This document shows, piece after piece, positions 35,901 through 43,333 of a stretch of 46,142 nucleotides of DNA. This stretch comes from Escherichia phage ULINTec7. The stretch lies in the sequence record MZ997841.1; one strand, 5' to 3'. The position numbers and the translations under genes are program-made. The notes beneath the pieces were generated by a model. The model had not been told where the DNA came from, did not search any database, and was given only the letters and a program-made list of their open reading frames with translations. Each line of letters opens with the position of its first letter. The first letter of the stretch is position 1.

Positions 35901-36223
35901 CTTTTGGCGCTATGGGTATGATGAGTACAACTGCTGTGTTCAGCTTAGGTGGAGACTTCTTAGGCGGCCTAGGTGTTCTCCCTTCTGAGTTAGTACAATC
36001 CCGTTATGAGGCTGGCTTTCAGACTAAGGGTTTGATAGACCAAATACCACTAGTAGGTGTTGGTCAAGATGCATATCGTTTAGCAGATTCTATAACTAAA
36101 TATGCAGAGGGTGATACAGAAGGTGTAGATGTGGCACGTAGGGCTTTACGCTTAGTGCCTCTAACTAATGTAATAGGAATCCAGAACGCATTGCGTTATG
36201 GCTTAGATGAACTGGAGGATTGA
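32915..36223 (+). CDS. Large internal virion protein (gp16-like)
   Basis: 1102 aa, called by position and size. Confidence 0.65.
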   Translation: MEQDINTNWAGYVQSTPEPFSIEAAPVSAPTIRQRNELQEQVLEAKADADIIGAVGAAFQNEWLAFGGKRWYDRATADFTPQPDFEIQPEQREALRFKYGTDMMQTITEGVRSEDELNFRIQNADEDLERNKRIAQAGWAGSVATIGAAVLDPVGWVASIPTGGAAKVGLVGRAVRGAIAAGVSNAAIESVLVQGDMTRDLDDIMVALGSGMAMGGVIGAVARGRAAKLSDQGDDRAASVVRSADAGDRYIRAVADDSIGAMRVKGEEVLTEGAFDISSKGEDLLKTLQREGNSIDMAPRRWAGTLSALGTVVHSSQDASVRGLGARLFESPQGLGAQKASASLMQNTNLNRLKSADMNRFNDGFDLWLKENNINPVAGHTNSHYVQQYNEKVWEAVRIGMNESTPKSIRMAAEGQQAMYREALALRQRSGEAGFEKVKADDKYMPDIFDSMKARRQFGMHDKEDIIELFSRAYQNGSRKVPKEVADDIARAQVNRVVDATLTGRMSFEKAMSGQTKAEYEAIMRKAGFSDEEIEKMVEALDNKETRDNISNRAKMSLGLDVTQEYNGIRMRDFMNTNVEELTDNYMKEAAGGAALARQGFSTYQAALNAIDLVERNARNATKDTKAHAQFEAESANIRQSEPDYKKAQEKIEELKKRLKLKEKDEAAGLAIDEEIRQMREGLRLIMGKSIDADPQALSTKMLRRGRDITGVLRLGQMGFAQLGELANFMGEFGIAATTIALGKQFRFTSKALRSGDGFFRDKNLAEVERMVGYIGEDNWITTKGARPDEFGDVTTVRGMMAHFDQSMNSIRRAQTNLSLFRMAQGSLERMTNRQIALSFIDHLEGKKIIPQKKLEELGLTQGFMTNLQKHYDANSKGSGLLGFDTMPYAMGETLANAIRRKSGLIIQRNFIGDEGIWMNKALGKTFAQLKSFSLVSGEKQFGRGIRHDKIGLAKKTAYGFALGSIVYAAKAYVNSIGREDQDEYLEEKLSPKGLAFGAMGMMSTTAVFSLGGDFLGGLGVLPSELVQSRYEAGFQTKGLIDQIPLVGVGQDAYRLADSITKYAEGDTEGVDVARRALRLVPLTNVIGIQNALRYGLDELED

Positions 36224-37185
36224 TGAGTTATACTTTCACAGAACATATAGCCAACGGTACGCAAGTAACCTATCCCTTTAGCTTTGCTGGTAGGGATAAA
36301 GGTTATCTTCGTGCCTCAGATGTGATAGTGGAATCTCTTCAAGGTAACACTTGGATTGAGGTTACATCTGGCTGGCAACTAACTGGCACGCACCAGATTA
36401 CTTTTGATGTAGCACCAGTTGCAGGTTTGAAGTTCCGTATTCGAAGGGAAGTACAAAAGGAATATCCATACGCTGAGTTTGACCGTGGTGTTACCTTGGA
36501 TATGAAGTCTTTAAATGGTTCTTTCATTCATATACTGGAGATTACACAGGAGTTACTTGACGGGTTTTATCCAGAAGGGTACTTCATTAAACAGAATGTA
36601 AGCTGGGGCGGCAATAAGATTACTGATTTGGCTGATGGCACAAATCCGGGAGATGCAGTAAATAAAGGGCAGCTTGATGCCGTTGACAAGAAGCATACAG
36701 ATTGGAACACCAAACAGGATATTGAGATTGCTGGCCTTAAAGCAGGTATGACTTCTGGTATTGCGCACAGAACTATCCCTTGGTACACGATCGCCCAAGG
36801 AGGTGAGGTTTCCGTAAAACCTCCTTATGAATTTCAAGATGCACTAGTTTTCCTTAATGGGGTCTTGCAACACCAAATCGTAGGCGCATACTCTATAAGC
36901 AGCAACACTATCACTTTCGCAGAGCCACTTGTGGCTGGCACAGAGGTGTATGTGCTGGTTGGTAGTCGTGTGGCTACATCTGAACCTAATATTCAGTTAG
37001 AGTTGAACTTTGACTTAGTAGAAGACCAACAAGTAGTACAGATTGGCTCTGCATTTAAGTACATTGAGGTCTACCTTGATGGATTATTACAACCTAAACT
37101 TGCTTATCAGGTAGACGGTGACATTGTTACTTTCTCAGAAAGAGTACCAGAATGCCGGATGACTGCTAAGATTATCACAGCATAA
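36223..37185 (+). CDS. Tail fibre N-terminal-domain protein (tailspike adaptor)
   Basis: N-terminus TQVTYPFSFAGRDKGYLRASDV resembles the T7 gp17 N-terminal tail-attachment domain. The ORF-track start at 36220 is a TTG. Confidence 0.6.
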   Translation: MSYTFTEHIANGTQVTYPFSFAGRDKGYLRASDVIVESLQGNTWIEVTSGWQLTGTHQITFDVAPVAGLKFRIRREVQKEYPYAEFDRGVTLDMKSLNGSFIHILEITQELLDGFYPEGYFIKQNVSWGGNKITDLADGTNPGDAVNKGQLDAVDKKHTDWNTKQDIEIAGLKAGMTSGIAHRTIPWYTIAQGGEVSVKPPYEFQDALVFLNGVLQHQIVGAYSISSNTITFAEPLVAGTEVYVLVGSRVATSEPNIQLELNFDLVEDQQVVQIGSAFKYIEVYLDGLLQPKLAYQVDGDIVTFSERVPECRMTAKIITA

Positions 37186-37194
37186 GGAGGTGGG

Positions 37195-37389
37195 ATGATT
37201 AACTCCGAACTGGTAGATAGTGGTGTGAAGCTTGCGCCACCTGCACTCGTATCAGGTGGGTACTTCCTCGGTATCAGTTGGGATAATTGGGTGTTAATAG
37301 CAACATTCATTTATACCGTGTTGCAAATTGGGGACTGGTTTTATAATAAGTTCAAGATTTGGAGGGAGAAGCGTGAGCGTACACAATAA
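37195..37389 (+). CDS. Holin (T7 gp17.5-like)
   Basis: 64 aa; IATFIYTVLQIGDWFYNKFKIWREKRE resembles T7 gp17.5 VAAIAYTVVQIGAKVVDKMIDWKKANKE; one transmembrane segment and a charged C-terminus. Confidence 0.75.
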   Translation: MINSELVDSGVKLAPPALVSGGYFLGISWDNWVLIATFIYTVLQIGDWFYNKFKIWREKRERTQ

Positions 37390-37672
37390 ACATGCAGCTA
37401 CAGAGGACGAGGTTGGCATTCTGCATGGTGCTATTACCAAAATCTTTAATAAGAAAGCACAGGCAATACTGGACACTATAGAAGAAGACCCAGATGCAGC
37501 ATTGCATTTAGTGTCTGGTAAAGACATTGGAGCTATGTGTAAGTGGGTTCTTGATAATGGTATTACCGCTACACCTGCTGCACAGCAGGAAGAGTCCAAG
37601 TTATCTAAGCGCCTCAAGGCTATCCGAGAGGCATCCAGTGGTAAGATAATTCAATTCACTAAGGAGGATTGA
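37373..37672 (+). CDS. Terminase small subunit (putative)
   Basis: GTG start at 37373 with GGAGGGA SD; sits immediately before the large terminase. Confidence 0.5.
   Translation: MSVHNKHAATEDEVGILHGAITKIFNKKAQAILDTIEEDPDAALHLVSGKDIGAMCKWVLDNGITATPAAQQEESKLSKRLKAIREASSGKIIQFTKED
37466..37488 (+). promoter_or_regulatory. Phage-RNAP promoter inside the small terminase gene
   Basis: AATACTGGACACTATAGAAGAAG. Confidence 0.6.
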
Positions 37673-39570
37673 TGGCTAAGGCAAGAGAATCACAAGCGGA
37701 GGCTCTTGCCAGATGGGAGATGCTACAGGAGTTACAGCAGACCTTTCCCTATACAGCGGAAGGTTTGCTTCTCTTTGCAGATACAGTTATCCATAACTTG
37801 ATTGCAGGCAACCCTCATCTGATTCGTATGCAGGCTGATATCTTGAAGTTCCTATTCTACGGACATAAGTATCGCCTCATCGAAGCGCCTCGTGGTATCG
37901 CTAAGACAACACTATCAGCAATCTATACGGTATTCCGTATTATCCACGAACCGCATAAGCGTATCATGGTTGTATCCCAAAACGCTAAGCGAGCAGAGGA
38001 AATCGCTGGTTGGGTGGTGAAAATCTTCCGTGGCCTAGACTTCCTTGAGTTTATGCTGCCGGATATCTACGCAGGGGACCGTGCATCCGTTAAAGCATTT
38101 GAGATTCATTACACCCTACGTGGTAGTGATAAGTCTCCCTCTGTATCCTGTTACTCAATCGAAGCAGGTATGCAGGGTGCTCGTGCTGATATTATTCTAG
38201 CGGATGACGTAGAGTCGATGCAGAATGCTCGTACGGCAGCGGGCCGTGCCTTGCTTGAGGAACTGACTAAGGAGTTTGAATCTATCAACCAGTTTGGGGA
38301 TATCATTTACCTTGGTACGCCTCAGAACGTAAACTCTATCTACAACAACCTACCTGCTCGTGGCTACTCTGTTCGTATCTGGACTGCACGTTACCCCTCA
38401 GTGGAGCAGGAGCAATGCTATGGTGACTTCCTTGCACCTATGATTGTGCAGGATATGAAGGACAACCCCGCACTTCGCTCTGGTTATGGGTTGGATGGTA
38501 ATAGTGGTGCACCTTGTGCCCCTGAAATGTATGATGATGAAGTCCTGATTGAGAAGGAAATCTCTCAGGGTGCAGCTAAGTTCCAGCTTCAGTTCATGCT
38601 TAACACTCGCATGATGGATGCAGACCGCTACCCACTACGCCTGAACAACCTCATCTTCACCTCATTTGGTACAGAGGAAGTCCCTGTGATGCCTACGTGG
38701 AGCAATGACTCCATCAACATCATCGGTGATGCACCGAAGTATGGCAATAAGCCTACAGACTTCATGTATAGACCTGTGGCTCGCCCGTATGAATGGGGTG
38801 CTGTTACACGCAAGATTATGTATATTGACCCTGCTGGTGGTGGTAAGAATGGTGACGAAACAGGCGTGGCTATAGTCTTTCTGCACGGCACATTCATTTA
38901 CGTGTATCAGTGCTTCGGTGTGCCAGGCGGATACCGTGAATCGTCCCTGAATCGCATTGTGCAGGCCGCAAAGCAGGCGGGTGTTAAAGAGGTATTCATT
39001 GAGAAGAACTTTGGTCATGGCGCGTTTGAGGCCGTTATAAAGCCATACTTTGAACGAGAGTGGCCTGTAACTCTGGAAGAGGATTACGCCACAGGACAGA
39101 AAGAGTTGCGTATCATTGAGACGCTGGAGCCACTCATGGCGGCGCACAGGCTCATCTTCAATGCCGAGATGGTCAAGTCTGACCTTGAGTCAGTACAGCA
39201 CTATCCACTTGAACTACGCATGTCCTACAGCCTTTTCAATCAAATGTCGAACATCACGATTGAGAAGAACAGCCTCCGGCACGATGACCGCTTAGACGCT
39301 CTGTATGGCGCTATACGGCAATTAACTTCTCAGATAGACTATGACGAGGTTACACGGATTAATCGCCTCAGAGCGCAGGAGATGCGCGATTACATCCATG
39401 CTATGAACACACCTCACCTCCGTAGGGCGATGCTCTATGGAGATTATGGCACTGAGCGAAGAGTAACCAACACTTCCGTGGCTATGCAGCAAAGAGTGTA
39501 CGGTCAGAATTACAGGAGTAAATCGGCCAACCGAAATACACTTTCTGCAAGGATTTCAAGGACTTATTAA
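37669..39570 (+). CDS. Terminase large subunit
   Basis: 633 aa; ATPase and nuclease region with IILADDVES; position and size match T7 gp19. Confidence 0.85.
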   Translation: MMAKARESQAEALARWEMLQELQQTFPYTAEGLLLFADTVIHNLIAGNPHLIRMQADILKFLFYGHKYRLIEAPRGIAKTTLSAIYTVFRIIHEPHKRIMVVSQNAKRAEEIAGWVVKIFRGLDFLEFMLPDIYAGDRASVKAFEIHYTLRGSDKSPSVSCYSIEAGMQGARADIILADDVESMQNARTAAGRALLEELTKEFESINQFGDIIYLGTPQNVNSIYNNLPARGYSVRIWTARYPSVEQEQCYGDFLAPMIVQDMKDNPALRSGYGLDGNSGAPCAPEMYDDEVLIEKEISQGAAKFQLQFMLNTRMMDADRYPLRLNNLIFTSFGTEEVPVMPTWSNDSINIIGDAPKYGNKPTDFMYRPVARPYEWGAVTRKIMYIDPAGGGKNGDETGVAIVFLHGTFIYVYQCFGVPGGYRESSLNRIVQAAKQAGVKEVFIEKNFGHGAFEAVIKPYFEREWPVTLEEDYATGQKELRIIETLEPLMAAHRLIFNAEMVKSDLESVQHYPLELRMSYSLFNQMSNITIEKNSLRHDDRLDALYGAIRQLTSQIDYDEVTRINRLRAQEMRDYIHAMNTPHLRRAMLYGDYGTERRVTNTSVAMQQRVYGQNYRSKSANRNTLSARISRTY

Positions 39571-39590
39571 TTACTGGACACTATAGAAGG
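39567..39590 (+). promoter_or_regulatory. Phage-RNAP promoter
   Basis: TTAATTACTGGACACTATAGAAGG. Confidence 0.8.
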
Positions 39591-39690
39591 AAGGCCCAGA
39601 TAATAAGAGAAATAACAAGGATAATATAGGTTAACCTAGGTTATATAGGTATGCCTTAGTATGGGTGTACTCCTGTACACCCTATTCCTT
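39591..39690. promoter_or_regulatory. AT-rich repeat region related to the 6353-6500 origin-like element
   Basis: Shares the 12-mer GGTTATATAGGT (39639-39650 and 6415-6426) plus ATAGGTTA and CCTAGG motifs; palindrome GGGTGTAC-TCCT-GTACACCC at 39663-39682. Confidence 0.4.
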
Positions 39691-39728
39691 ACTTCCTTAC
39701 TATACTCACATAATAGGAGAGAGAGAGA

Positions 39729-40007
39729 ATGTCTAATAGTTATAGCACACAACCCCTTACAGGTAAGTCTGCTCGTAAGCAGATACAACCTGTGAGTGAA
39801 GCCCTGATGCTTCCTGTAGTTTACGAGGACACTGTTGAGAAGAAAGGTGATGTTATTAATGATGCCACCAAATCAGGTAAGCAGAAAGGAGCCATGGTGT
39901 GTCTTGATACACATGATACACTGGTTATTGCTATCGCAGTTGATGGCAAAGAAGATTCCAATTGGCTGACCACGTTATTAGCGGTCACGACTATTACCCC
40001 AGCTTAA
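39729..40007 (+). CDS. Hypothetical protein, paralog A of a tandem pair
   Basis: 92 aa; shares MSN..., LKKK.D.IN, SGKQKG.MV, IAIA and TP.A with the next ORF. Confidence 0.55.
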   Translation: MSNSYSTQPLTGKSARKQIQPVSEALMLPVVYEDTVEKKGDVINDATKSGKQKGAMVCLDTHDTLVIAIAVDGKEDSNWLTTLLAVTTITPA

Positions 40008-40019
40008 GAGGAGAATTAC

Positions 40020-40307
40020 ATGTCTAATTATGGAAACGCAGGTACTGTTACTGGTCAAGCTTTTCGAGTAAAAACTGTACAAACCACTGCAACGGCAATC
40101 CCTTTGCCTATTGTTGCTGAAGCAGACCTTAAGAAGAAAGATCACCCTATCAACATTAAACACCTATCTGGCAAACAGAAAGGCTCCATGGTTGCTGTAG
40201 AGAAAGCAGACAACTCCTTGTACATCGCTATTGCACGTGGTAGTGAACCAACTGACCCTTGGGATGCAACCACTATGGAGACGGAACCTGTAACACCTGT
40301 AGCTTAA
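40020..40307 (+). CDS. Hypothetical protein, paralog B of a tandem pair
   Basis: 95 aa; see paralog A. Confidence 0.55.
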   Translation: MSNYGNAGTVTGQAFRVKTVQTTATAIPLPIVAEADLKKKDHPINIKHLSGKQKGSMVAVEKADNSLYIAIARGSEPTDPWDATTMETEPVTPVA

Positions 40308-40328
40308 TTGTAACAGATGAGGTCAATA

Positions 40329-40673
40329 ATGCTTAACAAATATTTCAAGCGACGCGAGTTCGCTTGCCGTTGTGGGTGCGGTACATCCACTGTTGATGCT
40401 GAGGTTGATGCTGAGTTATTACATGTGCGTGAGCACTTTGGTGCTCCTGTAGTTATTACTTCTGGACACCGCTGTGCTAAGCACAATGCCAATGTAGGTG
40501 GCGCTAAGAACTCCATGCATCTTACTGGTAAGGCTGCTGACATTAAAGTGTCTGGCATATTACCTTCTGAAGTGCATAAGTATCTTACTAGCAAATACCA
40601 AGGCAAGTATGGTATCGGTAAGTATAACTCCTTCACTCACATCGATGTACGGGATGGTTGTGCACGATGGTAA
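40329..40673 (+). CDS. Endolysin, peptidase M15 (zinc D-Ala-D-Ala carboxypeptidase / L-Ala-D-Glu peptidase type)
   Basis: ITSGHRCAKHN...MHLTGKAADI...FTHIDVRD matches the His/Asp/His zinc-ligand pattern of the family. Confidence 0.7.
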   Translation: MLNKYFKRREFACRCGCGTSTVDAEVDAELLHVREHFGAPVVITSGHRCAKHNANVGGAKNSMHLTGKAADIKVSGILPSEVHKYLTSKYQGKYGIGKYNSFTHIDVRDGCARW

Positions 40674-40798
40674 GATGTGTTGAATGGTGTGAGCGTATGG
40701 TTGCCCAAGCTGCCGAGGATGGCAACTATGATGACTGGAAGAACTACTCTGACTTGTTAGCTCAATGGAAAGGGAGATGCAATGAAAAAGCTGTTTAA
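40667..40798 (+). CDS. Hypothetical small Cys-rich protein (43 aa)
   Basis: Hand-translated ORF overlapping the endolysin stop. Confidence 0.25.
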   Translation: MVRCVEWCERMVAQAAEDGNYDDWKNYSDLLAQWKGRCNEKAV

Positions 40799-40931
40799 GT
40801 CTAAGAAGGTTGTAGGTGCACTGGTTGCACTTGTTATTGCTCTTGTTTCTGTAGGTCTTGGTGTAGACCTTGGCTCTGGCACGGAATCCTCTGTGACAGA
40901 TGTGGTCTGCCAAGTGATTACCTGTGAATAA
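40782..40931 (+). CDS. Small membrane protein (49 aa), lysis-associated candidate
   Basis: N-terminal basic stretch then transmembrane segment VVGALVALVIALVSVGLGV; GGGAG SD. Confidence 0.35.
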   Translation: MKKLFKSKKVVGALVALVIALVSVGLGVDLGSGTESSVTDVVCQVITCE

Positions 40932-41145
40932 GTTTCTAGAAGTGCTGGCAGGTCTTATTGGCCTGCTTGTCTCTGCTAAGAAGAAACAAGAAGAGAAGGA
41001 GGCACAAAGTGAAGCGAATCATGTTAGTGACAATCCTGCTGATTGGTTCGCTGACCACTTCCGGGTGTCAGCAGGCGTTACCAGAGAAAGCAATGGTGAA
41101 ACCTCTGAGGCCGACGCTGACGGAAGTTTACGAGGTAGACGATAA
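40924..41145 (+). CDS. Candidate i-spanin-like membrane protein
   Basis: GTG start; N-terminal transmembrane segment FLEVLAGLIGLLVSA then a charged region; contains an out-of-frame embedded ORF. Confidence 0.3.
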   Translation: MNKFLEVLAGLIGLLVSAKKKQEEKEAQSEANHVSDNPADWFADHFRVSAGVTRESNGETSEADADGSLRGRR

Positions 41146-41218
41146 GGTCTGCTTTAGTAAGCCTGACGCTACAAAATTAGGTTTGTATATTCTTTCGCTA
41201 GAACGCGGATATAATTAA
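40958..41218 (+). CDS. Candidate o-spanin-like lipoprotein overlapping the previous ORF
   Basis: Signal-like region ending in lipobox-like LTTSGC. Start uncertain between 40958 and the internal ATG at 41021. Confidence 0.35.
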   Translation: MACLSLLRRNKKRRRHKVKRIMLVTILLIGSLTTSGCQQALPEKAMVKPLRPTLTEVYEVDDKVCFSKPDATKLGLYILSLERGYN

Positions 41219-41247
41219 TACATAGCTTTATGTATCAGTGTCTTACG

Positions 41248-41270
41248 ATTTACTGGACACTATAGAAGAG
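41248..41270 (+). promoter_or_regulatory. Phage-RNAP promoter upstream of the tailspike genes
   Basis: GATTTACTGGACACTATAGAAGAG. Confidence 0.8.
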
Positions 41271-41349
41271 GTAAGATAGCGCCGTTCTTTTGAGCGGCCT
41301 ATTACTAGCCAATCTTCATAGGGAGGGTTGGAAAGTAATAGGAGATAGC

Positions 41350-43248
41350 ATGGCTAAATTAACCAAACCTAATACTGAAGGAATCTTGCATAAAGGACAA
41401 TCTTTGTATGAGTACCTTGATGCGAGAGTTTTAACATCAAAGCCATTTGGTGCTGCAGGTGACGCCACTACTGATGATACGGAGGTTATAGCTGCTTCAT
41501 TAAACTCTCAGAAAGCTGTCACAGTCTCAGATGGTGTATTCTCTAGCTCTGGTATTAATAGTAATTACTGTAACTTAGACGGTAGGGGTAGTGGCGTGCT
41601 AAGTCACCGTTCCAGTACAGGTAATTACTTAGTATTTAACAATCTACGTGCAGGTCGCTTAAGTAATATTACGGTAGAAAGTAATAAGGAGACTGATACA
41701 ACTCAGGGGCAGCAGGTATCTCTTGCTGGTGGAAGTGATGTTACTGTAAGTGACGTTAACTTCTCAAACGTTAAAGGTACTGGTTTCAGTTTAATCGCAT
41801 ACCCTAATGATGCGCCACCTGATGGACTTATGATTAAAGGCATTCGAGGTAGCTATTCCGGCTATGCTACTAATAAGGCAGCAGGATGCGTACTTGCTGA
41901 CTCCTCAGTTAACTCACTCATAGATAACGTCATTGCTAAGAACTACCCTCAGTTCGGAGCAGTAGAGTTGAAAGGTACAGCCAGTTACAACATAGTCAGT
42001 AATGTTATAGGGGCAGATTGCCAGCATGTAACTTACAACGGCACTGAAGGGCCAATAGCCCCTTCTAATAACCTTATCAAGGGGGTGATGGCTAATAACC
42101 CTAAGTATGCAGCGGTTGTTGCAGGCAAAGGAAGTACGAACTTAATCTCAGACGTGCTAGTAGATTACTCAACTTCTGATGCTAGGCAGGCTCATGGTGT
42201 TACCGTAGAAGGGTCTGATAACGTCATAAATAATGTGCTTATGTCAGGATGTGATGGTACTAACTCTTTAGGACAAGGGCAGACTGCTACAATTGCACGC
42301 TTTATAGGTACAGCTAATAACAACTATGCGTCTGTATTTCCTAGCTACAGTGCTACAGGTGTTATTACTTTCGAATCCGGCTCTACCCGTAACTTCGTAG
42401 AGGTAAAGCACCCTGGCAGGAGAAACGACCTTCTCAGTTCTGCTAGTACTATTGACGGTGCAGCTACTATTGACGGCACTAGTAATAGTAACGTAGTGCA
42501 CGCACCTGCCTTAGGGCAGTACATAGGTAGTATGTCAGGCAGGTTCGAATGGCGGATTAAGTCCATGTCACTCCCTTCAGGAGTTCTTACTTCTGCTGAT
42601 AAGTACAGAATGCTTGGAGATGGTGCTGTGTCATTAGCTGTAGGTGGGGGCACTTCTTCTCAAGTTCGCCTATTTACTTCTGATGGTACTTCTCGGACAG
42701 TGGCCTTCACCAACGGTAACGTGCGTCTTTCTACCAGTAGCACAGGCTATTTGCAGTTAGGTGCTGATGCAATGACCCCAGATAGTACTGGTACATACGC
42801 ATTAGGTTCCGCCAGTCGAGCATGGTCTGGCGGTTTTACTCAAGCAGCATTCACTGTTACCTCAGATGCTCGGTGTAAAACAGAACCTCTTACTATCTCA
42901 GATGCCTTACTGGATGCTTGGTCTGAAGTTGACTTTGTGCAGTTTCAGTATTTGGATCGGGTTGAGGAGAAGGGTGCAGACTCAGCTAGATGGCACTTTG
43001 GTGTCATCGCTCAGCGAGCTAAGGAAGCTTTCGAACGTCACGGCATAGATGCACACCGCTATGGCTTCTTGTGCTTCGACAGTTGGGATGCTGTATACGA
43101 GGAAGATGCCAATGGCTCTCGTAAGCTGATTACACCAGCAGGTTCCCGCTACGGTATTCGTTACGAGGAAGTACTGATATTAGAGGCTGCATTGATGCGG
43201 CGGACTATTAAGCGTATGCAGGAAGCACTAGCTGCCCTTCATAAGTAA
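41350..43248 (+). CDS. Tailspike 1: beta-helix polysaccharide depolymerase-like protein with C-terminal intramolecular chaperone domain
   Basis: 632 aa from the ATG at 41350 (AGGAG SD). Repetitive Gly/Ser/Thr/Asn/Val-rich beta-helix-like sequence. C-terminus SDARCK...GIRYEEVLILEAA is homologous to the endosialidase C-terminus. Confidence 0.7.
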   Translation: MAKLTKPNTEGILHKGQSLYEYLDARVLTSKPFGAAGDATTDDTEVIAASLNSQKAVTVSDGVFSSSGINSNYCNLDGRGSGVLSHRSSTGNYLVFNNLRAGRLSNITVESNKETDTTQGQQVSLAGGSDVTVSDVNFSNVKGTGFSLIAYPNDAPPDGLMIKGIRGSYSGYATNKAAGCVLADSSVNSLIDNVIAKNYPQFGAVELKGTASYNIVSNVIGADCQHVTYNGTEGPIAPSNNLIKGVMANNPKYAAVVAGKGSTNLISDVLVDYSTSDARQAHGVTVEGSDNVINNVLMSGCDGTNSLGQGQTATIARFIGTANNNYASVFPSYSATGVITFESGSTRNFVEVKHPGRRNDLLSSASTIDGAATIDGTSNSNVVHAPALGQYIGSMSGRFEWRIKSMSLPSGVLTSADKYRMLGDGAVSLAVGGGTSSQVRLFTSDGTSRTVAFTNGNVRLSTSSTGYLQLGADAMTPDSTGTYALGSASRAWSGGFTQAAFTVTSDARCKTEPLTISDALLDAWSEVDFVQFQYLDRVEEKGADSARWHFGVIAQRAKEAFERHGIDAHRYGFLCFDSWDAVYEEDANGSRKLITPAGSRYGIRYEEVLILEAALMRRTIKRMQEALAALHK

Positions 43249-43255
43249 GCAACAG

Positions 43256-43285
43256 GCAGTGCGCAAGCACTGCTTTTCGCGCAAC
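43256..43285 (+). terminator. Putative intrinsic terminator between the tailspike genes
   Basis: Stem GCAGTGC / GCACTGC with loop GCAA, followed by TTTTCGCGCAACTTTTC. Confidence 0.5.
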
Positions 43286-43333
43286 TTTTCTTAAAGGTTA
43301 TCATGATGGTAGCCTTTCAGAAAAGGAGGTTAC

